Shown here: positions 41,746-54,530 of the stretch, piece by piece | How the letters are laid out: each line of letters begins with the position of its first letter | How positions within the stretch are numbered: the stretch's first letter is position 1 | From: Kudoa neothunni | Taxonomy: Eukaryota > Animalia > Cnidaria | Reading direction: 5' to 3' | Assembly: GCA_964304625.1 (NCBI GenBank) | Contig: OZ199840.1 | Coordinates: forward strand, 2,867,828 to 2,931,827 | DNA length: 64,000 nucleotides | The notes under the pieces: model-generated | Told to the model about the DNA's origin: nothing | Database searches by the model: none | Seen by the model: the letters and a program-made list of their open reading frames with translations, nothing else | Program-made: the position numbers and the translations under genes

Positions 41746-44700
41746 CTACAAAAGTTTTTTATCCTCTAGATTGACAAAATTGAATCGGAATGGTTCGAGG
41801 TATTTTTTGGTCCACTTATGAAAATCATAAAAGTAATAACCACCCTAACATATATATGTAAATTTAGATATCACGATATGAAATACTTCTTCGAACTCTG
41901 AAGTAACTAGGTCAGGTTCATTGGTGCGTTGGAACCAGGACTGAAGGATATTATGGAAACGCCAATTCCTGGATTTGATCACTTTAGCCGCCATATACTG
42001 AGCAAATGTGCCCTTAATTTTAATTCATAATCATATTCAGTCAACACTTAGATAAAAACTATACTTGGTAATGGTAGAAAATGAAAAGAAGCACATCGTT
42101 TGGAAGATTGAAGTAGAAACCTGGTGAAGCGAACAACTGGTTAGTGGTGATATTGTGACAATCAGGTGAGCAGATGGGGAACGATGTTAGACAATTATGT
42201 AGGATATGTTTAGTGTTGATAAGTTCGTCGTTGAACGCTTCAGCATCGTAGTTGTTGAAGGCATCGAATTCATCCACAAGGCGTTTATCGTTGGTGGTCA
42301 GTCGACGATTGAAGAATTCAGAGTAGATTTCGTTGGAAACATCTTTACAATCGGGCCAGTCGCTGCTCGAGGGGCAACTTCCACACGAGGAGTTGAATTG
42401 ACTACTGAAAAAGTAAAAAGTACGAGGGGTTTGTGGTGGAGAATCTAGTTAGATCGATTAGATCGGCATCTGTTTCGCTGGTTGGTGCGGGTGTGTAGTT
42501 GGATTTTTTATTGCTCAGGTTCGAATTGAAAAATTGCGATCCAGAAGACGATAAACCAATAGTTTTGTAAAGTACTTCGGCGCTGTTGTTTCGTCGATGA
42601 GACGGTGTATTATTGTTGTTATTCACACTCTTGTTAGAAGTGCCAATGTTATTGGGTTGTAAATTAGAGTTTTTTCTGCCAGCAGTGTTGATATTTGATG
42701 CAATGACATGGTCTTTAGCGATCATGGCGGGGGCGTTGGTGGAAGAAGGCAGTTGAGGAGGTCGGAGTGGTGGATTTGTTGGTATAAGTGTGGCAGTGTT
42801 GGAGTAGACTTTAATTTTGTCGTATTTTCTGAACGAGCCAGTGTCGCTTTTGTTTGGTGTAGTTGTCGAATGATGACTATTTGAAATCACTAAACACACC
42901 GAACATTAATCGTCCACCCATCATTTAATTGAGTTAAGTAAGTTTAAATGAGTGACGCAACTAAAAAAGTAATAACTTACTTTGTTTGTTGGACAAATTA
43001 GTGGAAGGTTTGGGTAGATCTTCAGCAGGATTAAATGTTTTATTTACTTCCGAATGTGTGAGATGAGAAGAGACTTTGTTATCTAAAAAACAACTTGTAG
43101 CTCCAAAAGTGGATAACAATAAGCAATATAAAAATAAGCAATTAAATAAAAGTTAGCAAATATTAACTACATCCCATATATTCAACCATCTAATTATAAA
43201 CTAAACATAAATCGATAAGAAAGCAGATCAACACCAATCTGTAAGTCCGCTTAATAAAGTCCTCATTTATGAGCTCAATATTGATGAATGGAAATAATTT
43301 TTTTACGTTTCGGTAACAATATATTGAAATAGTGATGATATTTACCTTTTACAGAGTTACAAGAAGCAATAGTAGAAGAGGTGTATGATGTGGTGCTGGA
43401 TGTGACGTTACTAGTGGAATCAAGTTCTTCGGGTATGGTTTCCACGCCGTGAGTGTGACGCATGGCAGCGGATTGTGATTTCGATGTGGACGAAGCGATA
43501 TTATCGGATTGTTGTGGGTGGGGCGTAGAAGAAGATGAATGTGTAGGAATAGGCGCAGCAATATTGACACTATCCAAATCCAGATGATCATACACTGAGT
43601 CATTGTGGATAAAATTGTCTTCATCATTGTGACACTCCATGTAATATTCGAGGTCATTTTTTATCGATTCTGCAGAATCGATAGAAATCGTTTGATTCTC
43701 AACCAAACGTAACAGTTTCTCTAGATTTATAACATGATAGTTGTGGTTGGAAATTTTCTCCCCGATATCTTTCAATTTCTTAGTGTTGTCTTTTGATATT
43801 TTCTTCCCTCTAGATGAGTTGATGCTTTCGGTTTCAGCTTCCAATTCCTCTTTCTGAGTCATATTTAGTCGAAGGGTAAATTCGTAATATTTGGTTATCA
43901 AGCAAACTCCACTTTAAGTTAAAACCACGGGGAATCGAGTGTAAGCATTTAATATTTTGCAATGGATGAATGATTCAAAATCGCCGACTTTTAAATATCA
44001 GTACGAAATTTTTTTCACATTTCATAAAAAGAATAAAAACTATTATTTATAATGAAATCCTATTTCTTTTTTAAGTATTCTGAATGGGCGAACCAGTGTA
44101 ATCAACAAAACAAAATAAAAAATAAGCTCATTATGACATTAATAGGTCGTAGGTGGTTTTGGGTGAAACTATAAAGTCACATGTAACACGTGCCAAATGA
44201 ATTGTGTTTTTGCATTTTAAGACAATTGAATTATTTCAAGAATACAATCTAACCGCGATTATCCGAAGAATTTTTGACCGGCAGTTCCCTTTCCGGATAA
44301 TCTAACATAAACCAGGGTGTATGTGCGCGCATTTTCTAAAAAATTTCTACGTAAAAAATTGTCTACTTGATTTATAAACAATTCATATCATTTATTAGGT
44401 AATGTATATTTCAACATACACAACTTAAATCAAAAATATTGGCATATCTATTCACTAAGCATATCGAGACCAAAAGAGAAAACAGTACATAATTGTGGAA
44501 GAAAAACACGCCTAGTCTACAGAGGAGCAACTAACTTTTTTAATTAACCGGTAATTAATGTATGTTTAACCCTCTAATAGATTTTTGGTAGAAAACGACC
44601 CCAAAGAGATTTGTTTATTGAATGATTCATTATTTATAATTTCAAACTTTCTAAGACTACCTGTTTCCTTCAAAATAATATTTTTAAAATAAAATACAAA

Positions 44701-47030
44701 TTTTTAGCTATGGTATCGGCGGAAATATATATTTTCCACCTCACGACGGACTTTGGGGTAGAAAAATACCTCATTTTTTTCTTAGCGAAAATTAAAGTAG
44801 AAATAATTTTTAGCCTGAATAATGGATTGTAGGATTTTCTATAGTCTAGATTCTACGATGTAACGCTTTAAACTGTAAGTAAGACACGTGACTACGTATG
44901 CAAAAAGAGTTTTTGATGATGATATTCTCCGGAGGAAATTCTAGAAATGACGGAGAAATTATTATCGGGCCGGCCTACTAATGGAGATATACATGCCAAA
45001 CAAAAATCTTAATCCGCTTTCAATCTCTATTTTGAGAAAATGGGGTAAAAACCTGACGTAATATGCGCAATATGAAATAAATTAGGTGTAAGGACCACCA
45101 AATAAATGTTTGTGGAGCTTGTTTACATTAAACGCGGTTTATTTATGACACAAACTATAGACTAAGCAGTTATGTAAATTAACATTTCAATTTAAGAAGT
45201 TCTAATTAGAATAACATATAATCAACTAAAATCGGGTTTAAAATCTAATGCGCCGGTTGCTGACGAAACTGGTATTCGTAGGATTATTGAGACTATAAAC
45301 GAATTTATTTACGTTGTAACATAATTTTTTTTTTCATATCCATTAAAATTTTCAATATTTCTTCTTGCGAAATTATTTGTAACAAAAGATCAAATAAAAC
45401 TCAGGGGTAATTTTCTAACCCAGCGCCCATCAGAGTGGATTCGATTTTCGGTACATTAGAGGGTTAACATACATAGACATATGTTCAGATATAGCACAAA
45501 TTTATATAAGAATTGAATGCTTAACCTAGGTTTTAAAAGGAAAATTTATAAATAATTTACATAGAAATATTTTTGTATTAAATATTTCATTGATATATGT
45601 ACACTGCATTGAATATGCCGTAGGGTGACATTTTTATCCGGAATTTTGATTGAATAATCGTTCCGGATAATCGAGGTTCGACTGTATATTTGAAATTTAT
45701 CATTACAATTTTCAACGATCAACACATTGTTGGATAGTTAGGGTTTATCAAAACTCATTGTTGACACCTTGAAATAGGAGAAGGGGATATTTTATTCGAA
45801 TAATTAAAAATTGATTTTTTGATTTAAATAATTGTGATTAACTCGTAACACTACATGGAATATGGCAATTTATGTTAAATTTAAAAGTAGCTGTAATAAG
45901 ATAGATTATAGGCGTAAAAAACTAAATTATCAACGTTATTTAACCTAAGGTAGAGAAGTTCAACTTCAACCTTAAGTAAAAATCTACAAAATATTCCCAC
46001 TTCACCGAAATAATATATCTATTTTAATGAATGATTGAATATTAATTTTTTATTTTAATTAATCAAAAATAATAGTTAAAAAAATGCTAAGTAAACAATT
46101 GGGTAGCCAAATTTAAAATATGTAGGACACAATCTAATTGTAATTATACATAGAAAATTGTTTTAATTTTAAGATTGAAACTATTTCTAATTCAAATTTA
46201 TATCAATTTTTTATATTTAATAATGAATTGTAATAAATAAAAATGAATATTTATTAATGAAAAAGTTGTGTGATTTTTGGTTAAGAGAAATATTTAAAAA
46301 CCGTAAATTTGGTAGAGAATGTTTGTTCGAAAGACTTAAAAGGGTGGTGCTTGATCAGAAAAAGTTTTTACAAAATTACCTCCCTCGACAGCTGAACTAG
46401 AATATCCTAAACGGTGATAGATAACCTGTGCTAGGCGAAAATATCAATACATTCACCCAATGTCGAAACTGCTCTCGTCTCTGTCTATCCGGATCTCTCG
46501 CTTCAGATAACGTCAAACCCTCCTTAGCATACGATTTGGTTTTGTTTTCCTTCTCGATCATTTTAAATTTCTCCATAAACTACCACAATCCAAATACACC
46601 CACATAAAATAACATTCAAATTACAGTTTCGATCTGTCTTCTCACTTCATACAAAGGTTCCTTATCTTTTACCTCACTACTTGCTATCCAGGCTTTTAGT
46701 TGTTCGCGATTTCGCTACATTTTAATGATTTAAATTGCGATTTATGTCGAATTCAGAAAGGTTAAAATTCTACCTGAAGACGTTTGATTTCTTTTTTCAT
46801 TTCACTTTCACATCTATCGCGTTGATTGGAATTCTGAGCAGTCTCCAACTAAACCCTCATACTTCAAATACAAGCACAAAACAGTGATTCGGCTACTTTG
46901 TGCATGTACGCTTTAAAGTTGGCCATTCCTTCCTGGACTTTCTTAGAACATCTATCAATTTCAGCTGCGAAAATACGTCAAATGTAGGGCGTAATATAAA
47001 GTTACCTTGAAGCTTTCTCTTGTCGCCCAT
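41746..47030 (-). CDS. CNOT3: CCR4-NOT subunit 3 (multi-exon, with one ~2.5-kb TE-filled intron)
   Basis: MGDKRKLQAEIDRCSKKVQEG, EMKKEIKRLQRNREQLKAW, MEKFKMIEKENKTKSYAKEGL, low-complexity linker, NOT-box [27 protein letters not shown]...YDFHKW...LEDKKLL*. Confidence 0.96.
44245..45684. mobile_element. Tigger-like MITE in CNOT3 intron, interrupted by a piggyBac-like element
   Basis: TA|CAATCTAACCGCGATTATCCGAA ... TCCGGATAATCGAGGTTCGACTG|TA (19/23 TIR match, TA TSD). Confidence 0.75.
44570..45463. mobile_element. Non-autonomous piggyBac-like element (nested)
   Basis: TTAA|CCCTCTAAT...ATTAGAGGG|TTAA, with GGGGTA...ACCC subterminal boxes. Confidence 0.8.
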
Positions 47031-50000
47031 TTCACTTGCAAGTTTCTAGTAGCGCGCCTGCGCATACAATCGCCCGTAAATAATACGATAGGCAGAAACA
47101 AACAATTGTCTCAATCTGTCCAGTTTAGATCTCCTTGTAATAAAAGTATTGACTTTTTTTTTAATATTACAGAAATTCAGGATCATACAAAGAATGGGGT
47201 GACTCACCCGTTATGTGTATTTATCAATAAATCCGCCCTCATTATTCATACACACACATTTTTAATAACTATCAAAGTTAGTAGACAATAGGTTGGATCG
47301 CCTAATTAATTATATTTTCAAATATTTGAATATTTTTTAACATTTTTACAGTTTGTTAATGTGCCGCTGTTTTTTTATTTTTCTCCAATTGGTTTAATGC
47401 TAAAATAGATACCGATGGTCGGCTAATAATAACACATTTTAAGGTGTATAATCTTAACTCGGATTATGTCGGTTAAACTTTAATCCTCCCTAATTCATAA
47501 AGTAATTGAATAAATACTTAGTTGTGGGATATGCTTACATCGAATAATGTGTGCATGTTCAAGATTCGATTTTTCAAAGATGACTGCATAGTTAGTTGTG
47601 ATGCAATCACTAATTGTGATTACGCTCTTCGATACCAATTATTTTAATATTTATTATAATTTTTCGTTTATTCTACATAATAAAAATATGATAATCACAG
47701 TACAATCTTCATGCATAATATTTAATTTCTAACAATGTTTACGAAGAATGGATTTAATTGTTACAATGTAATAAATTTAGACTGGAGATATGTGAACGCA
47801 TCTTGGCTTGTTCTATCATGGAAATATAAAATAAATCATTCGAATTCGCCAATGAATTATTCTAATATTCACTGCGGATAAGAAAATCAGACTCAAATTT
47901 TATTTATGTTATTCAAATGTTAACTTCTATTTCTAATGAAAGAATAATACATATATTACTTAATACATTGGTAAAATTGTATGTTAAAGCGAATTCTTTA
48001 GTCCAAGTAAATTACGGCGTGGGTAAACGATGATTAACGATAACAACCGACATGCAGTTTTCGACCGTAATTTCGTACAATAAGCAGAAAATTAATAAAA
48101 GGAATAAATGTCTATAAGATACATGGGAATAAGGAATTTCATATTAAAATATACGTTATTTTCATTAAATAAGGTGAAATTTACAAATAGTTATATAATT
48201 TTATTATTTTTACATTTTATCCGTGGTGCATATCATTAGCACACAACAATTTGTTCTGATATGTTTTCAGTTTTTAAAATATTACACATTATCTCATAAT
48301 AAATGTTCAATTCTAAAATTAAGATTTAATAATTAGAGATGTGAAAAATTTATTTAGTTTCTGAATTTTTTACAATGGGTTATTTTAATGGTTTAAAAAA
48401 TATTTTACCCCTTCCTCTAAAATTTTACGTTGCGTTTTAAGTAACTTTTTTAATTCCCAAGATTTATTATATTATTTCAAAAAATGATAATAAATAAGCT
48501 TAAATTAAATTTATAACATATATTGTATATAAAAATAAATGTTTTTAGATCACGTTGAAAAAATTGTATTAATTTTTTCTATGAATAGTTTCATTATTAT
48601 ATAGAGTAACAGTAAAATTAACAAAAGATTTTTTCGATGCTTGATGATAATGCGTAGGATTCTAAAATATTCTAATGCATTCCACAAAAACCTTTTTATA
48701 ATTATGATTATTCTGAAACACCGTTATCTGTCAAAACTCCACTGTCGGCTATTAATCGACTATAAAGAATTCTTTAGTTTAAATTCTTAGTATTATAATG
48801 AGATTTGTGGGAAGCTTTCTAGTCCTAACATTGTAAAAAAACAACCGATTGGCTCAGCAAATAATTTCGTATTACAAACCACGCGGAAATGTTATAAAGG
48901 AAGATTTATCATAAAATGGTATTTGATTATTAAATTTCATAGCAAAATTATCCAATTTAAAGTCACAAAATTAGAAACGTTAAATTCCAAAACATTATTT
49001 AGGATGAAGGGGTCACGTAATTGAGTAGAATTTTGTTAATCCATGTGCGACTGTCGACTATCGACTATCGACTATCGTTAATGCTTAACCTTAATAAGTT
49101 TTTGAATTACGATTATCACAAGCTTTTACCGCCGATAGCTGGAGTTTATTTTAGAATATAGAAAGCATTTTCTAAAGCTGTTAATTCATATGACAGAAAG
49201 TATAAAATTATTTTTCTTAATTTTTCATTAAAACGTATATGCATAATCGTTATGTAAATAAATTGCCTAGAAATTTTTTGCAAAAATTTTTTCTAACTTA
49301 GATAAACAATAAATTCCACACAACTATTTAGTTCAGTAATTTAAATTCAAATTGGTATACTACAGAAATACTTTTTGTCTATCCTAAGGTAAGTAAATAA
49401 TAAAAAAATCCAAAGTACAAGAATTGTAAATTAATTTTTTACTTTTTAATGAAATAATTACCCATAGTCTTTTAAGTTTGATCTTATACATTAAGTGTGA
49501 ATTTTACGTTATTATTCGTACGGACTACAATTAACGTTTAATATTTAAAAGAGGATGTTTCTTATTGAATTTTGAACCGATTCCTCAGAGCCTGGACTAG
49601 AGAAAATAAACTATTATTTTATGATAAAAATTCCTTTATCAACCAAATATAAGACAGATATTACATTTGTCGAATTAAAATATTTAACCATAAATAAATG
49701 ATGCTTATGACATTGCCATCGTTAGGCTAGAACTGGGGTTGAAGAGTTTAAATAAAACTAGTGCTCGATAATATCAAGAACCTTCATTACCAGTCAATTT
49801 TTTTCTTCCGTTATATTTTAACCATAATTTATAAAAATTTTACGAACAAAGTTATTTTAAGAAAACGTATACGCGCAGGTATATTTAATATTTTTAAAGT
49901 TGTGTTTAAAAAATATTTAAGCTAAGGTATAATTCTCCTAATTTAAAATTAAATCAGTCATCATTCTAATAATACACATTGGAATATTTATAAAAATATT

Positions 50001-50086
50001 TAATAGTCAAATAATCAGGATTGGTCAATCAAAAAACCGAAAAAATAAGAGGGACAAAAAATTTTAAAAATAAGATTTATTCATGG

Positions 50087-52854
50087 TTAGGGATCAAACT
50101 CGATTAACTTTGAACGAGGATCATCGTTGGTATTGTTTTGATTAGTGTCAGTTTGATGAGGTTCGGTACTTTCATTGATATTCGTGTTAATTTTAGGAAT
50201 TATTTCTGGAACCCTTTCACTAGTTGGGGTAACATGATCCGAAAAAGCCACATTTGATAAATTAGACTCTCTCGATGTTTCAGGGAAATTGGATGCCACA
50301 TTGCAATCATTAATTGGTGGTGGATCGTATGCTTGGTTGTAGGGTGTGGGTTGTTGGGGTGTGTGATCAGAAGGATTAGTAAATGGTTCCGAAGGGGCTG
50401 GTGCAGTTTGAGGGTACGCATAAAAATGAGACGGCGTATTTTGTGTAGGATATGCAGGCATACTTGGCGGATAGAACCTTGAAGAAGAATCCATATTGAA
50501 ATTAGTATTGGGGGTTGTAAAAATTTGTTGACTTCCATACGAAGGTGTCGATGGTTGGGGCGGTGCCATGGAGTAAACAGGGAGATGTTGGTGAACGACT
50601 GATGCGTTATCGCTACTTGAAAAAGAACCTCGTTGGGTAGGCTGATTGTAGTTGTTTAATTTGGAATCTATGTTGATTCGGAGTTTATTTTGGAGCGACT
50701 TTTGAATATCTTCCACTTCCTAAAACAACAAACAACAAATTCTCCCACATCCTCTCCATAAAAAACCTTCTTCTGTTGTCTCGTTAATTCCATTTTTTGT
50801 TCCATTTGTATTCGAAGGAACATATCAGCTTCTTCTTTCTGTTGGCGTAATTTTTCCATGTGTTCTCTCGTGAGGTCATCAAGAGTGGATCTAGCTTCTT
50901 TTATGAGATCGAGCTTAGACAGTTGAACATTGAGGTCATCTAACAAGGATAGATGTGTGAGAGAGGTAAAATAAGAAAATGCATAAAATCAAATGCACAT
51001 ATCTACCTATTTCTTTGTTGTTCAAAGACAAAATTTCAAACACTTGCACATGAGAGACCAATAATGTTTGTAGGATACCCTACCAAAATAATTCAATCTA
51101 TCTATAATCTCATTGTTTCACGTAATATACCTGAAGGTAGTAATCCTTAGAGTAGGGTTGGTTGGAACCACGTAAAACACGACATCTCTGTTCAAACATT
51201 TCAATAGTTTTGTAGAAAAATGCCAACATCGACTCAACACTTTGTTGCTGATTGTCAACTGGGTAAGAGGTTGGTGGGGTGAAGGCACCATGATGATTCG
51301 CTAAAAATGTATGAATAAACAACAAAATGATCGAGCAAATTTGATGTATCCACTAAATATTACTCAATGTGGGTTGGCTAGCTTGACGATTGTTAAAAGA
51401 TGTAATAACTGGGTTGCGTGGTGAATAGTCGGTCGGTTTTCCAAAAAAACCTGGACCATCATGCTGTAAATCAGGATATTTGTTGGTAGCAATGGATGAG
51501 GTTGTTGTTGGCAAGGGGGTGGATTTTTGGTGAGTTTGGTATTGATTCTTTTTCGCTTCAGCCAACGAAAGTTCAATAGCTCTTTTTAAATCATCATCCG
51601 CGTATAAGTTAGACCCATTGTTATTCGCCTCAGCCATAGCTGCATCGTTTTGATTATACTGATGGGGAGATGCTAAAGTAGATTTTGGAGGGGCTGAGTA
51701 GTTATTCTTTTTGGCGTCGGCTAGCGAAAGTTTAATAGCTCTTTCTATGTCATCTTCCATGTAAAACTTTACATTTTCATCATTCGCTTCAGCCATAACT
51801 AACCCCATTAGATTACATTGATGATGATGTGAGTTTGACTCCGATTGGCAGCCGCATTCTTGATCCTTGGATTTATTACATAGTCGTTTGTAGCACCGAT
51901 CACAAACTCGAACTTCACTCATAATGTTATAAGCTGGAATAGTAGAAGTCTTGGTGCTACAATTGGAACAAACCACATTGCCACAGTTTCTACAATGGTG
52001 CCTTCTTCTAAGGCTGGTGAATGTAATATCACACATTGCACACCATTCGCCCTGTAACCAGGTGGGTTCGGTTGAGATCTCCCCTTGGGGGACCACGTAA
52101 GACGAATGCGAGTCGTAATGTGGGAAGTTATAACCTAAGAATATTTAATTTAGTGGAAAAATTCAGTAGAAATTTAATTGATGAATCGTATAATACCTTC
52201 AGCAACAAGCACTCTATAGAAATCTTCCACATTTTTCACTTCATCCGTGAAAAATTTCAAGGAGTTCTTAAGAAATAAAACCAAATACAAAATCTTTCTA
52301 GACACTTGACTGGGCATATACTAACAACGCATCATCATCATCATCATCATCAAAATTCTTAACATATCGTTAAAGTAAACATACCATTATCAATGCATGC
52401 CAGCTTTCCAGAAAATCTCGCTCAATAGAATGTATACGAAATTCGTTGGTAGATTGTTTCACACCGTATTCGATAAACCTAACACAACAACAAATAAACA
52501 GTAAATAAATATTAAATTATTACTGAAACCAATCTGTCAACTTGCACTATCTGTCTGTTTGCGATAATTTTCTTAAAAAGTCCAAACAAATATTGGCATC
52601 TAAAAATAATTTTGGTTGCAGAATCAACATTATAGGGGTGCTATATCAACAAATAATGTATACGGTATTTCTTTGTTTATTGTAAGAAATAATTTTTCAA
52701 AAGCTAAAAAATCATCCATACTTTGACGCATTGTGTTATCTGCATGGAAACAACAAATGACAAACAGAAGAATTCAGTCATAACTACCTAAGATAGCTTC
52801 GAATGATGGATATCTTCGAACATTTCCATTTGTTTGGGCTGTTGAATCAGGCAT
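50087..52854 (-). CDS. HGS: ESCRT-0 subunit Hrs/Vps27 (VHS-FYVE-2xUIM-coiled coil-clathrin box)
   Basis: Divergent VHS exons; FYVE (RRHHCRNCG, RVCDRC); two UIMs; IKEARSTLDDLTREH...RIQMEQKMELTRQQKKE coiled coil; P/Q-rich tail; KLIEFDP* clathrin box. Confidence 0.93.
52330..52351. repeat. (CAT)n microsatellite in an HGS intron
   Basis: catcatcatcatcatcatcatc. Other microsatellites: (TA)n at ~3276-3297, ~15813-15833 and ~39268-39290; (TATG)n at ~55561-55581. Confidence 0.9.
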
Positions 52855-53411
52855 TTGGGATAACTTTTTAATAAAACTTGTTCGTTAACCCTCGATCAAA
52901 AATACGATTACTCGTTTGAATATTATTATCTTCACAACGACCATTTGGAGTAAATTGTTGAATTCATAGGATGACTTAATACGGAAAGTATATACCCATC
53001 TGAAACCACCTATATCATGTTTAATAAATGAAATAATAAATTTGTATAATCAAGAGATTAAAATTAGATTAGCTTTTTCGTTTAATCCATTCGTGAATAA
53101 ATTTGATCAAAACTGTCAAACAACAAAATTCATAAATTAGAAAGTCTAAACACAATCGAATCCAGCGATTTTACTGCATTAAGACTTACCTATTTGATCC
53201 TGCTCTATTTGTAGGCTTATGGTTCTACTTGAATCAACTAATCTTGAGTCGGATTAGAATTTTATTAAATGTTTTTTGGTGAATTAATCTGATCAGTTCA
53301 TTTCAATGTTCAAATCTTATTAAGATTAATCCATTATTATTACAACTCTAGAAAGTAGCTGCTGACACGGTAAATTCTATTCCCAAACAACGTATACGCT
53401 TGCGCGTTATA

Positions 53412-54366
53412 CAGTAAGTAACCAATTTCACGCATTTTTAAAAAATCTATTTAGTTAGAATATTGATTGGGCATTGTTTATATAATATTTTTCTTATAAT
53501 ATTTCAATCAACATTTGTTTAAAAATTATTTTAAAAAGTTGCCAAAACTTAAGTAAAAGTCACGTGACCGACAAATTTCACGCGCTTTTCCCGGGCATTT
53601 CTTGTTTATTATTTAGTTAAGTCAATATTTAATGCCAGAAATCTTCAAAATTATACCTATTGTCGAAGAATACAATATTACTAATTATTATGAAAGTCTT
53701 CAATCTAATGACCCAAAAACTGCCACTGTATCACATTTTAAAATATCTATTATCTCGACTCCTAATGGCATCCTAGAGATGAAAAATAAAATAATCAAAA
53801 CCTATAAATGTTTGTAGAATCCAAAAATAGAAATTATTAGCATGCAGGTCAATTTAATTCTGTTTATGAAGATTTATATGAGTGGATTAGGTAGGTGGAC
53901 ACGAGGCAGAGAGATTGTAGTGAATGTCGTGACGATAGTCATCAAGAGAAATTAATTAGCCAACGAAAAAAATTTACCCTCATGTGCAATTCATCGAGGG
54001 TTTCGTTGTTTTAAAAAAGGTCCAACATTAAAAAATCAAATTTTATTAGCTAATATGCTGATGCTACATCTGAAACTACTTCAGAGTAGACCAATAAAAT
54101 CAGGACATTTTTTAAAAGATACTCTGAAAATTTTATTTACAATGTAGACGAAACTGCCTTATTCTACTGATAACAACAAGAAGAATATTTCATAGATCGT
54201 TGAAAACTATTTTTGTACTGTTAACACGTTTCTCGAGTTTTAATTATCGGATTAAAAATTAATATATAGTTAACTATTCTTTATTAACGCAATTTAATCA
54301 ATATTAAAAAGCCAATTTTTTCCGAAATAATTGCGTACGCAAATGCGTGAAATTGGTTTCTTACTG
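53412..54366 (+). mobile_element. Internally deleted pogo/Tigger element
   Basis: TA|CAGTAAGTAACCAATTTCACGCATTT ... AAATGCGTGAAATTGGTTTCTTACTG|TA (25/26 TIR match). An internal remnant, IYNVDETALFY (54135-54167), is the first-Asp motif of pogo/Tigger transposases. Confidence 0.9.
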
Positions 54367-54530
54367 TACATATTTAATCACAACAACTCTTACTGACAAG
54401 CTGTGTACAGATTTCATTTTTTAGAATCTGCTATATTTAATTATTTCTGATTTCATATGAAGAAATAATTAAGTGTAATCAAAATTAATGAAATCTGAAT
54501 ATTATTTACCATGCAATAGCCACTTCCTAA

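Noticed and set aside
49054-49077. (CGACTAT)x3 tandem repeat
   Set aside because: Too short and isolated to imply function.
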